Of a stretch of DNA of 64,000 nucleotides, positions 57,561 to 64,000 are shown piece by piece. Each line of letters opens with the position of its first letter. Position 1 is the first letter of the stretch. The position numbers and the translations under genes were made by a program. Origin of the DNA: an uncultured Anaerolineales bacterium (GTDB taxonomy: Bacteria > Chloroflexota > Anaerolineae > CG2-30-64-16); contig CAYYTK010000002.1 in NCBI GenBank assembly GCA_964474695.1, positions 43,898 through 107,897 of the forward strand, given 5' to 3'. The notes below the pieces were generated by a model. It saw only the letters and a list, made by a program, of their open reading frames with translations. It had not been told where the DNA came from and made no database searches.

Positions 57561-58736
57561 TCAGGGTGTGGCCAACGCGTGCTTGTCTCGAATCGTATCT
57601 GCGAGAACATCGAGCGCCGCGAAGGTGGCCTCGCGCGGCAACCCCTTGCACGACACCGGATCGAGGATCTCCAGCTTAAGGCCGGCTAACATTTCCGTGA
57701 GCTGCTCCAGGGCTTTCGTGCCCCAGCCATAGGAGCCGATGAGCGCAGCGTATTTCAGCTTAGGGCGCAGCGCGGTGGCAAGATAGACAGCCGAGAACAC
57801 ACTCGGATGAGGGCCGATGTTGAAGGTGGGAGTGCCGATCACAATGGTCTGTGCATCCACGAGCGCCATAGCGAACTTGCCGATGTCGGTGGTTGATAAC
57901 TCGAACGGCTGAACCTTGATGCCGCGCTGTGCCAGCGCGGCAACCAGATGCTTGACCATCATCTCGGTGCTGCCGTGCATCGAAATATAGGGCAGAACGA
58001 CCGAATTCGACACCCGGTCAGAAACCCACTCTGCATACGCTTTCAGGATCGTTTGAGGCTGATCCCAGATTGGCCCGTGACTTGGCGCGATCATGTTGAT
58101 CTCAAGCGCGCCGATTCGCTTGAGGTGTTTTTGAATCTTCTTGTGATAGGGCATCATGATCTCAGCATAGTAGTGCTTCGCCGCTTCCATGATGTACGGC
58201 TCCCCGCTGGCAAAGAGATCGCTCGTCGCCATGTGCGAACCGAAGAGATCGCACGAAAACAGGATGCGATCCTCTTCAAGATAGGTGAGCATCGTCTCCG
58301 GCCAATGGACCCAGGGCGCGTGGATGAACCGCAGCGTCTTGCCGCCGAGCGAGACAGTCTCCTCATCTTCAACGGCCTTCATGCGTTCGGGCGCGATGCC
58401 GAGATGGTCAACCAGCATCGGTTTCGCTTTGGGACTGCACAAGACCATCGCCTCGGGGTATTTCCTCAAAACAGTGGGAATGGTCCCCGAATGGTCTTGC
58501 TCGACGTGCTGGCAGATCACATAGTCCAGGCGCTCCGTATTGTCCAGTTGATCCATCAGAACGTTTTCGAACGCGGGATCCACGGCATCCAGAAGGGCTG
58601 TCCGCTTCGAACCGCGAACCAGATACGCGTTGTAACTGGTGCCATTGGGTGTTGGCGTCAATGCCTCGAATAATCGCCGATTCCAGTCGATGGCGCCCAT
58701 CCAACGGACGCCACTGCAAATTCGCCTCCGTTTCAT
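57561..58736 (-). CDS. fprA: FprA-family flavodiiron protein (metallo-beta-lactamase plus flavodoxin domains)
   Basis: Di-iron motif CQHVEQDHSG, NAYLV, and a C-terminal flavodoxin-like (I)VIGTPTFN. Confidence 0.85.
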   Translation of the reverse strand: MKRRRICSGVRWMGAIDWNRRLFEALTPTPNGTSYNAYLVRGSKRTALLDAVDPAFENVLMDQLDNTERLDYVICQHVEQDHSGTIPTVLRKYPEAMVLCSPKAKPMLVDHLGIAPERMKAVEDEETVSLGGKTLRFIHAPWVHWPETMLTYLEEDRILFSCDLFGSHMATSDLFASGEPYIMEAAKHYYAEIMMPYHKKIQKHLKRIGALEINMIAPSHGPIWDQPQTILKAYAEWVSDRVSNSVVLPYISMHGSTEMMVKHLVAALAQRGIKVQPFELSTTDIGKFAMALVDAQTIVIGTPTFNIGPHPSVFSAVYLATALRPKLKYAALIGSYGWGTKALEQLTEMLAGLKLEILDPVSCKGLPREATFAALDVLADTIRDKHALATP

Positions 58737-58752
58737 CGGTATCTCCCTTAAT

Positions 58753-59139
58753 TCAGTCGTTATTGCGCCGAGCGATCATCTCGATCTCGATCTGCGCGTT
58801 CCGCGGCAAGCCCGCCACAGCTACTGTGGTGCGCGCGGGATATGGCGCCTCAAACTGAGTCGCGTAGACTGAGTTCATGGCTGCAAAGTCAGCCATGTCC
58901 GTCAGATAGACGTTCACCTTTACCACATCGCCGGGCGTCAACCCGGCCGCCGCCAGCACCCCGAAGAGGTTACGAAAGCACTGCGCGGCCTGCGCGGCGA
59001 CGTCACCTGTCACCAGCTTGCCGGTGGTTGCGTCAAGCGGCGTCTGTCCAGACAGATAAAGCAGGCCGCCGGCCCAGACTGCATGCGAATAAGGGCCAAT
59101 GGCACTGGCGTTAGGAGCGGTTACGGCTTTGCGAGACAT
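58753..59139 (-). CDS. ridA: RidA family protein (YjgF/endoribonuclease L-PSP fold)
   Basis: IGPYSHAV...LYLSGQ...PARTTVAVAGLPRNAQIEIEMIA. ATG 59139 lies 9 nt from GAGGAGG. The track start at 59253 adds 38 aa. Confidence 0.9.
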   Translation of the reverse strand: MSRKAVTAPNASAIGPYSHAVWAGGLLYLSGQTPLDATTGKLVTGDVAAQAAQCFRNLFGVLAAAGLTPGDVVKVNVYLTDMADFAAMNSVYATQFEAPYPARTTVAVAGLPRNAQIEIEMIARRNND

Positions 59140-59156
59140 AGATAGCATCCTCCTCT

Positions 59157-59196
59157 GTGGGAATGATGTGGGATAAAGTGGGATATGTGTGGGATA
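59157..59196. repeat. Four helically phased copies of GTGGGA(A/T)(A/T), i.e. (A/T)(A/T)TCCCAC on the coding strand, just upstream of the ridA RBS
   Basis: GTGGGAAT starts at 59157 and GTGGGATA at 59168, 59178 and 59189, giving spacings of 11, 10 and 11 nt. Confidence 0.8.
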
Positions 59197-59253
59197 CCCC
59201 CTTGCGCACGGCTGCCCCGTGATAGGGACTGCCTTGCGCTGCTGATCGCTCAC

Positions 59254-59724
59254 TTATGTCGGCGCGTGAGGCGCGGGCCACATCGGAGACTTGTGGCAAT
59301 GAACCAACTGCCAACCGTGTTTTCGCCGGTGGAAGACGCGGGTCTCATTGTGCTCAGTGTGGCGTACGCCGTCGTCACCGGTATAGCGCATGAGCAGCGT
59401 ATAGGTAACGATGGCGACATCGCCGTAAAGCTGGACTTTGGGCTGCAACACCTCATGCTCGATCTCGCACCGCTGGCCCTGCAGCCGGCGCGCCTCAGCA
59501 GCACGGTAGTTCGCAGCAGTCTCCCGCAAATGAAAATCCAAACCGTCGATGCGCTGCGTGCTGATGTACCACTCAAAGAAGGTCACATCTCGGCCGGTGG
59601 TGGCGGCATAGGTAGCCAAATCACCCGCCCAGATGCTCTTCAAATGGCCATCCAGAACCGCCAGCACCTCTTGCTCGACGGCAAACGTATCTTCTTCGCT
59701 CACGACCCCCTCCAGGTGACGCAC
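59254..59724 (-). CDS. NTF2-fold protein (SnoaL/DUF4440-like)
   Basis: About 155 aa showing the alpha+beta cone pattern (LDGHLKSIWAGDLATYAA...ETRVFHRRKHGWQLVHCH). The family assignment is by resemblance only. Confidence 0.6.
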   Translation of the reverse strand: MRHLEGVVSEEDTFAVEQEVLAVLDGHLKSIWAGDLATYAATTGRDVTFFEWYISTQRIDGLDFHLRETAANYRAAEARRLQGQRCEIEHEVLQPKVQLYGDVAIVTYTLLMRYTGDDGVRHTEHNETRVFHRRKHGWQLVHCHKSPMWPAPHAPT

Positions 59725-59730
59725 CGTGCA

Positions 59731-60195
59731 TCATCCCCCATGCACCACCGGCTTATCCGGCGCGATGTGCTGAGCGATGACGTTCGCCTCGGCAGCCAGG
59801 ATAATTCCGATAGCATAGTTGCGCCGAATCTCGGGCACGTCGTCCCATCCTCCGTTGTCCTTCAGCAGGCGCAACACATTGCCGATGCCCCAATTGTAAG
59901 CGACAAGCATCCAATAGGGCTCGGTGCGGCCGATCTTGGCTAACTGCTCCTTGATCCATGCCAGATAAGCGCCGGCTACGGTGATATTGCTCTCCGGGTC
60001 GAACGGATCAAAAACGCCGACCTTGGCCGACCACTCGTCCCAGGTGGCCGGCACGATCTGCATCAACCCCATGTCAGTCGCCTCGCCCACCGCCAACGGA
60101 TCAAATCGGCTTTCACGGAAGCACTGCTCCACCATCAACCGCCAATCCAGGCCGTATTTTTCCGCAACCCGTTGAAAAATATCCTCGTACGCCAT
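59731..60195 (-). CDS. Lytic transglycosylase (SLT) domain protein
   Basis: Catalytic-Glu motif CFRESRFDPLAVGEATDMGLMQIVPATW and AYNWG. No signal peptide is evident. GGGGAGAA RBS. Confidence 0.8.
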   Translation of the reverse strand: MAYEDIFQRVAEKYGLDWRLMVEQCFRESRFDPLAVGEATDMGLMQIVPATWDEWSAKVGVFDPFDPESNITVAGAYLAWIKEQLAKIGRTEPYWMLVAYNWGIGNVLRLLKDNGGWDDVPEIRRNYAIGIILAAEANVIAQHIAPDKPVVHGG

Positions 60196-60313
60196 AGATC
60201 ATTCTCCCCGTCGTTGCCACGGGCGCCCACTCGTGTGGCGCGTCCCGGGTCGCAGACAATTCATTTTATCACGAATCTGGCCCCTTCGGCAATCGGCGGG
60301 CGGTCAGAATCGC

Positions 60314-60342
60314 TTGGGGAAATCGACTATCCCGACTATACT
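60314..60342 (+). promoter_or_regulatory. Putative promoter placing the transcription start at or next to the hypA ATG (leaderless)
   Basis: TTGGGG (60314-60319), 17 nt, then TATACT (60337-60342). Only 6 nt separate the -10 element from ATG 60349, and there is no Shine-Dalgarno sequence. Confidence 0.4.
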
Positions 60343-60348
60343 GGGCAC

Positions 60349-60711
60349 ATGCACGAACTACCCATTGTCCAAGGAATCTTGAGTATCGCGCTGGAGGCGG
60401 CGCAGGGAGCGCAGGCGACACGTATCGCGGCGATCGATCTATTAGTCGGCGAACTGACGAGCTTTGTGGATGACTCGATCCAGTTCTATTTTGATCTCTT
60501 GAGCAAGAACACCGCGGCGGAAGGCGCCGTACTGCGCATCCGCCGCGAGCCAGGCCGCGGGATGTGCGACCAATGCGGCCATGTCTTTCAGGCCGTAGCC
60601 CCGCTGCTCCCAACGTGTCCTGCCTGTGGCAGCAGCCGGATGCGCGTTACGGGGGGCAGGGAGTTACGCGTCGAAAGCATCGAGATTGACGCTGGAGGTT
60701 CCGGCTGCTAA
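60349..60711 (+). CDS. hypA: Hydrogenase nickel-insertion protein HypA
   Basis: N-terminal MHE nickel-binding motif (MHELPIVQGIL) and zinc site CDQCGH...CPACGS. The track ORF's 59 extra N-terminal residues are not HypA-like. Confidence 0.85.
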   Translation: MHELPIVQGILSIALEAAQGAQATRIAAIDLLVGELTSFVDDSIQFYFDLLSKNTAAEGAVLRIRREPGRGMCDQCGHVFQAVAPLLPTCPACGSSRMRVTGGRELRVESIEIDAGGSGC

Positions 60712-60749
60712 GATGCAGCAGCAGTGTCGCGCCCGCCATTGTTGCGGGT

Positions 60750-60778
60750 TTGTGACGTTCGCGATTATGTGTTAGACT
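60750..60778 (+). promoter_or_regulatory. Putative promoter with extended -10 (TGTGTTAGACT) for the first response regulator
   Basis: TTGTGA (60750-60755), 17 nt including TG at 60770-60771, then TAGACT (60773-60778). It shares the 15-mer found at 49581-49595. Confidence 0.45.
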
Positions 60779-60838
60779 AAGATATGAACCCGATGAAGGG
60801 TCCGATTATCTCGCGTTGCTGCAAGGAGATCCCTGTTC

Positions 60839-61219
60839 ATGCCATCTGCCAAAATCCTCGTTGTGGACGATGACCCCGATTTCGTCGAAATCATGCGCAC
60901 TATCCTAGAAGCCAATGACTATGAGGTGATCACCGCAGCCAATGGCAACCAGGCTCTGACCCAGGTAAAAGCTGAGCACCCCGACCTCATGCTGTTGGAT
61001 ATCATGATGTCTACCGTGCTCGATGGGTTGGATGTGAGCGAGCAACTCGCCCAGGACCCCGATGCCAAGTACATGCCGGTGATCATGGTTTCGTCAATCG
61101 CCGAAACTCCATATGCACATGTGTTCCCGATGGAAGAGCAGCCACATATGGACGCCTGGTTGTCCAAACCGGTAGATCCGAAAGTGCTGCTGGGCAAGGT
61201 AGCCGAACTGCTAAGCTGA
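60839..61219 (+). CDS. Single-domain response regulator (receiver only), paralogue 1
   Basis: KILVVDDDPDF, LMLLDIMM (phospho-acceptor Asp), MVSS and LSKP. AAGGAG RBS. Confidence 0.9.
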   Translation: MPSAKILVVDDDPDFVEIMRTILEANDYEVITAANGNQALTQVKAEHPDLMLLDIMMSTVLDGLDVSEQLAQDPDAKYMPVIMVSSIAETPYAHVFPMEEQPHMDAWLSKPVDPKVLLGKVAELLS

Positions 61220-61224
61220 AAGCC

Positions 61225-61272
61225 GCAGATCGCTCGATCCGCAGATCGCTCGATCCGCAGATCGCTCGATCC
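61225..61272. repeat. Three perfect tandem 16-nt units between two response-regulator genes
   Basis: GCAGATCGCTCGATCC x3. Each unit contains the short palindrome GATCG-CT-CGATC. The array starts 6 nt after the upstream stop and ends 23 nt before the GTG start at 61296. Confidence 0.9.
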
Positions 61273-61295
61273 GCCACCAAACAGGGAGTGAAACC

Positions 61296-61772
61296 GTGTC
61301 ACTGCCGACCGTATCATCACCCCGTCGACAACCGATACTGATCGTAGATGACGACCCGGATTTCCGGGAATATGTGAGCATCGTCCTGGAAAGTCACGGT
61401 TACCGCGTTTTCGAGGCTCCGAATGCGCCCGCAGGATTAGGCCTGATGCGTGACATACATCCGGGCCTGATCCTGCTGGATGCCATGATGTCTTACGAAC
61501 TGGCAGGCGTCGGAATCATCCGCACGATCCGCAGCGACCCTGAACTGGCAGCGATCCCCCTGATCCTGATTTCGGCTGTGCTCAGCGACGACGAAGATCG
61601 TTTTCTCCCCGCTGATGAGCGCAGCATGGTCGACCGTTTCCTATCGAAACCCATTAGCCCCGATGAGTTGCTGGCTGAGGTCGCGGCCTTACTGCCGGCG
61701 GCAGGTGGCGATGACAGTGCTCAGCACACATCAGCGCAGCAAGACCCGGATACTTCAAGCTTGCCCACCTGA
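61296..61772 (+). CDS. Single-domain response regulator, paralogue 2, with a C-terminal acidic/polar tail
   Basis: ILIVDDDPDF, LILLDAMM, LISA and LSKP. GTG start with AGGGAG 8 nt upstream. Confidence 0.85.
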   Translation: MSLPTVSSPRRQPILIVDDDPDFREYVSIVLESHGYRVFEAPNAPAGLGLMRDIHPGLILLDAMMSYELAGVGIIRTIRSDPELAAIPLILISAVLSDDEDRFLPADERSMVDRFLSKPISPDELLAEVAALLPAAGGDDSAQHTSAQQDPDTSSLPT

Positions 61773-61821
61773 TTCGAACTCGCTAACGTAACATGAAAGG
61801 ATTGCGCATTAAGGAGCCAGC

Positions 61822-62298
61822 ATGACACCCCAAGAAACCGTGGTTGAGCCAGTCACCGCAGGAGCCATCGATCCGGCCAAACAGGCCATGCTGCTGGCCG
61901 CGCTGTACATCGCGCAAGAACAGAAAGGCTATCTGACTCCTGAAACGATCAAGCGCGTGGCCAAGCGCCTGGGACTAAACGCCGGCCAGATTTACAGCAT
62001 TGCAAGTTTCTACACCTTGTTCCGCACGGCGCCGGTCGGCCGCTACGTCATCCAGGTCTGCGACGGCCTGTCGTGCTACCTCTGCGATGGCGCGAACCGG
62101 ATTGCCGACTACATCAGCGCCAAACTGGGCATCCGGCCGGGTGAAACCTCAATCGATGGCCGGTTCACATTGGAAATGGTGCAGTGCCTGGCCTCATGCG
62201 GCACTGCCCCCGCGATGCGCGTCAACGACCAACTCTATGAAAATCTGACGCCTGCCGGGATCGATGCGATCCTTGAACGACTGATGGGGGAGGTGTGA
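61822..62298 (+). CDS. nuoE: NuoE/HoxE-type [2Fe-2S] thioredoxin-like subunit of an NAD(H) diaphorase module
   Basis: Cys pattern CDGLSCYLCDG ... CLASCGTAP. Confidence 0.85.
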   Translation: MTPQETVVEPVTAGAIDPAKQAMLLAALYIAQEQKGYLTPETIKRVAKRLGLNAGQIYSIASFYTLFRTAPVGRYVIQVCDGLSCYLCDGANRIADYISAKLGIRPGETSIDGRFTLEMVQCLASCGTAPAMRVNDQLYENLTPAGIDAILERLMGEV

Positions 62299-62299
62299 G

Positions 62300-63556
62300 A
62301 TGAGCACCTGGAAGCCGGTCTTGCTGGCCAACGTCAACCGCCCAAACTCAGAGCGCATCACCACCTATCTGAACCACGGCGGCTACGAAGCGCTGCGCAA
62401 AGCCTTGAACATGACTCCCGATGCCCTCATTGCTGAGGTCAAAGCATCAGGGTTACGCGGCCGCGGCGGCGCAGGCTTTCCCACGGGCATGAAATGGTCC
62501 TTCATGCCCAAGGATGCCCCAGTGAAATACCTGGCGGTTAACACCGACGAGGGAGAACCTGGCACATTCAAGGACCGTCTGATTGTGGAGCGCGATCCCC
62601 ACAGCATCCTCGAGGGCGTCATTATTGCAGCCTATGCCATCGGCGCCCACCGAGCCTTCGTCTACATCCGCGGCGAGTTCTTTCTGGGCGTTAAGCGTTG
62701 GATCAAGGCGATCGCCGACGCCTATCAACACGGTTTCCTGGGCAAGAATATCCTGAACAGCGGATTCGACCTGGATGTCTCGGTGCATCGCGGTGCGGGC
62801 GCGTATATTTGCGGCGAAGAAACAGCGATGATCGAATCCCTGGAGGGCAAGCGCGGCGAGCCCCGGCTCAAACCACCCTACCCTGCACAGGTGGGACTCT
62901 GGGGCCAGCCAACCCTGGTGCAGAACGTGGAGACTCTGGCCAACATCCCGCATATCGTTCAGCGCGGGGCCGCCTGGTTTGCCAGCGTCGGCACAGAGCA
63001 AAGCAAGGGCCCCAAGGTATTCTGCATCAGCGGACACGTCAACCGGCCCGGCAACTACGAGCTACCGTTGGGCACGTCGCTGCGCGAGATCATCTACGAG
63101 CATGCCGGCGGAGTGCGCTTTGGCCGCAACATCAAAGCCGTGATCCCCGGCGGCGCCTCCACCCCACTGCTGACCCCGGACAAGCTGGATGTGCCGATGG
63201 CGTTTGAGACGTTGGTCGCAGCGGGTTCAGCCCTGGGCACCGGCGCCGTTATGGTGATGGACGAGGAGACCGACATGGTCGAGGTTGTCCGGCGCATCAC
63301 CAGCTTCTTCGTCCATGAGTCGTGCGGCGGGTGCGTGCCTTGCCGCGTCGGCGGCAAACGCATGTTGGAGCGGCTTGACCGTCTGTCATTCGGCAAAGGC
63401 ACCGCGACCGACCTGCAGGAGTTGGAAGCCCTGTCTCAGGGCATCAACGGCATCACCTTCTGCCCCATGGGCACCGGCATGACCGAACCGGTGACTTCAG
63501 GCCTCCGCCTGTTCCCCGATGAGTTTGAACGGAGAGTAGCTCATGCCAAAGGCTAA
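62300..63556 (+). CDS. nuoF: NuoF/HoxF-type NAD(H)- and FMN-binding [4Fe-4S] subunit
   Basis: GRGGAGFPTGMKW (FMN), GAGAYICGEETA (NADH) and ESCGGCVPCR (4Fe-4S). It starts 1 nt after the nuoE stop. Confidence 0.9.
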   Translation: MSTWKPVLLANVNRPNSERITTYLNHGGYEALRKALNMTPDALIAEVKASGLRGRGGAGFPTGMKWSFMPKDAPVKYLAVNTDEGEPGTFKDRLIVERDPHSILEGVIIAAYAIGAHRAFVYIRGEFFLGVKRWIKAIADAYQHGFLGKNILNSGFDLDVSVHRGAGAYICGEETAMIESLEGKRGEPRLKPPYPAQVGLWGQPTLVQNVETLANIPHIVQRGAAWFASVGTEQSKGPKVFCISGHVNRPGNYELPLGTSLREIIYEHAGGVRFGRNIKAVIPGGASTPLLTPDKLDVPMAFETLVAAGSALGTGAVMVMDEETDMVEVVRRITSFFVHESCGGCVPCRVGGKRMLERLDRLSFGKGTATDLQELEALSQGINGITFCPMGTGMTEPVTSGLRLFPDEFERRVAHAKG

Positions 63557-63929
63557 GATACTTATCGTCGACGATGATCCCGATTTTGTGGAGTACTTAC
63601 GCATCGTGCTGGAAAGCGCCGAATACAAGGTAGTCAGCGCCGGCAACAGCGACCAGGGCATGCGTACGGTGATCCGCGAGAAGCCAGACCTGGTCATACT
63701 TGATGTGATTATGTCGAGTATCCTGGATGGACTCAACATGAGCCAACAAATGGCTGACAACCCGGATCTCAAACACGTGCCGATCGTCATGGTGACATCC
63801 ATCGCCAACACGGACTACCTGGCGCTCTTCCCCACGGATGAAAGCATCCATATCGATGCGTTTCTGACCAAACCCATCGCGCCGGCCGAATTGTTGCGCC
63901 AGATCACGCGGCTTGTTGACAGCAACTGA
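63543..63929 (+). CDS. Single-domain response regulator, paralogue 3
   Basis: KILIVDDDPDF, LVILDVIM, MVTS and LTKP. Its ATG lies 14 nt inside the 3' end of nuoF, so the two genes overlap. Confidence 0.9.
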   Translation: MPKAKILIVDDDPDFVEYLRIVLESAEYKVVSAGNSDQGMRTVIREKPDLVILDVIMSSILDGLNMSQQMADNPDLKHVPIVMVTSIANTDYLALFPTDESIHIDAFLTKPIAPAELLRQITRLVDSN

Positions 63930-63971
63930 CGGGAAAGCGTCCACCCACACAGGTACTGCACGGAGACAACT

Positions 63972-64000
63972 ATGACTGATAAAATCAAGGTCGGCGGCGT
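63972..64000 (+). CDS. Start of a further ORF (MTDKIKVGGV...), truncated by the window end; function unknown
   Basis: ATG at 63972 with GGAGA 6 nt upstream. Only 9 codons are visible. It occupies the position where a HoxU/NuoG-like gene would be expected, which is positional inference only. Confidence 0.3.

Noticed and set aside
61822-63556. Interpreting nuoE/nuoF as part of a respiratory complex I operon
   Set aside because: No nuoA-D precede them and no recognisable nuoG follows within the visible sequence. The flanking genes are hypA and response regulators, which fits a Hox-type or other soluble diaphorase module better. The question stays unresolved without downstream sequence.

Overview
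This is a high-GC, almost fully coding bacterial chromosomal segment. I call 55 protein-coding genes. Two are absent from the supplied ORF track: a partial minus-strand ORF at 1-308 and a 51-codon Flp-pilin-like ORF at 6450-6605. I recognised no rRNA, tRNA, CRISPR array, transposase or integrase. Most long track ORFs lying antisense to the called genes look like high-GC artefacts.

Gene content from left to right:
- a giant secreted S8 subtilase and a zinc-ribbon protein;
- a Flp-like pilin plus ComF, then hpf and a low-molecular-weight tyrosine phosphatase;
- a ~14-kb cell-envelope glycan block: three GT2, one GT4, a GT39/PMT-like protein, a DUF2079-like protein, a FlgD-Ig lipoprotein, a sulfotransferase, an alkaline-phosphatase-superfamily enzyme and a Gfo/Idh/MocA oxidoreductase;
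- an operon of two STAND/AAA-type P-loop NTPases, one of them a membrane protein with a large extracytoplasmic beta-propeller sensor;
- a LysM protein and a GT-C-like membrane protein with an ILEI/PANDER-like domain;
- folC and lon;
- four uncharacterised genes, including a COG2865/Schlafen-like regulator and two tandem paralogous membrane proteins;
- an aldo-keto reductase, UDG, pepA and pepF;
- HAD and OsmC genes, an orphan secreted protein and two DegV genes;
- pth and mfd;
- a minus-strand string of SLT, NTF2-like, RidA, flavodiiron protein, two ABC permeases and VOC;
- hypA followed by nuoE/hoxE- and nuoF/hoxF-like genes interleaved with three paralogous single-domain response regulators.

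The gene content is compatible with a filamentous Chloroflexota-like organism, but that is inference only.

The most unusual signals are:
1. the transmembrane propeller-STAND NTPase pair at 22884-27379;
2. a pervasive family of short tandem repeats (mostly 7-nt, CGT/ACG-cored) and palindromic micro-repeats that lie between genes and also in frame inside conserved genes (GT2, GT39, UDG, the pth C-terminus and two sites in mfd);
3. receiver domains embedded in the hydrogenase/diaphorase-type cluster.

All calls rest on hand translation and motif recognition. No database search was run.
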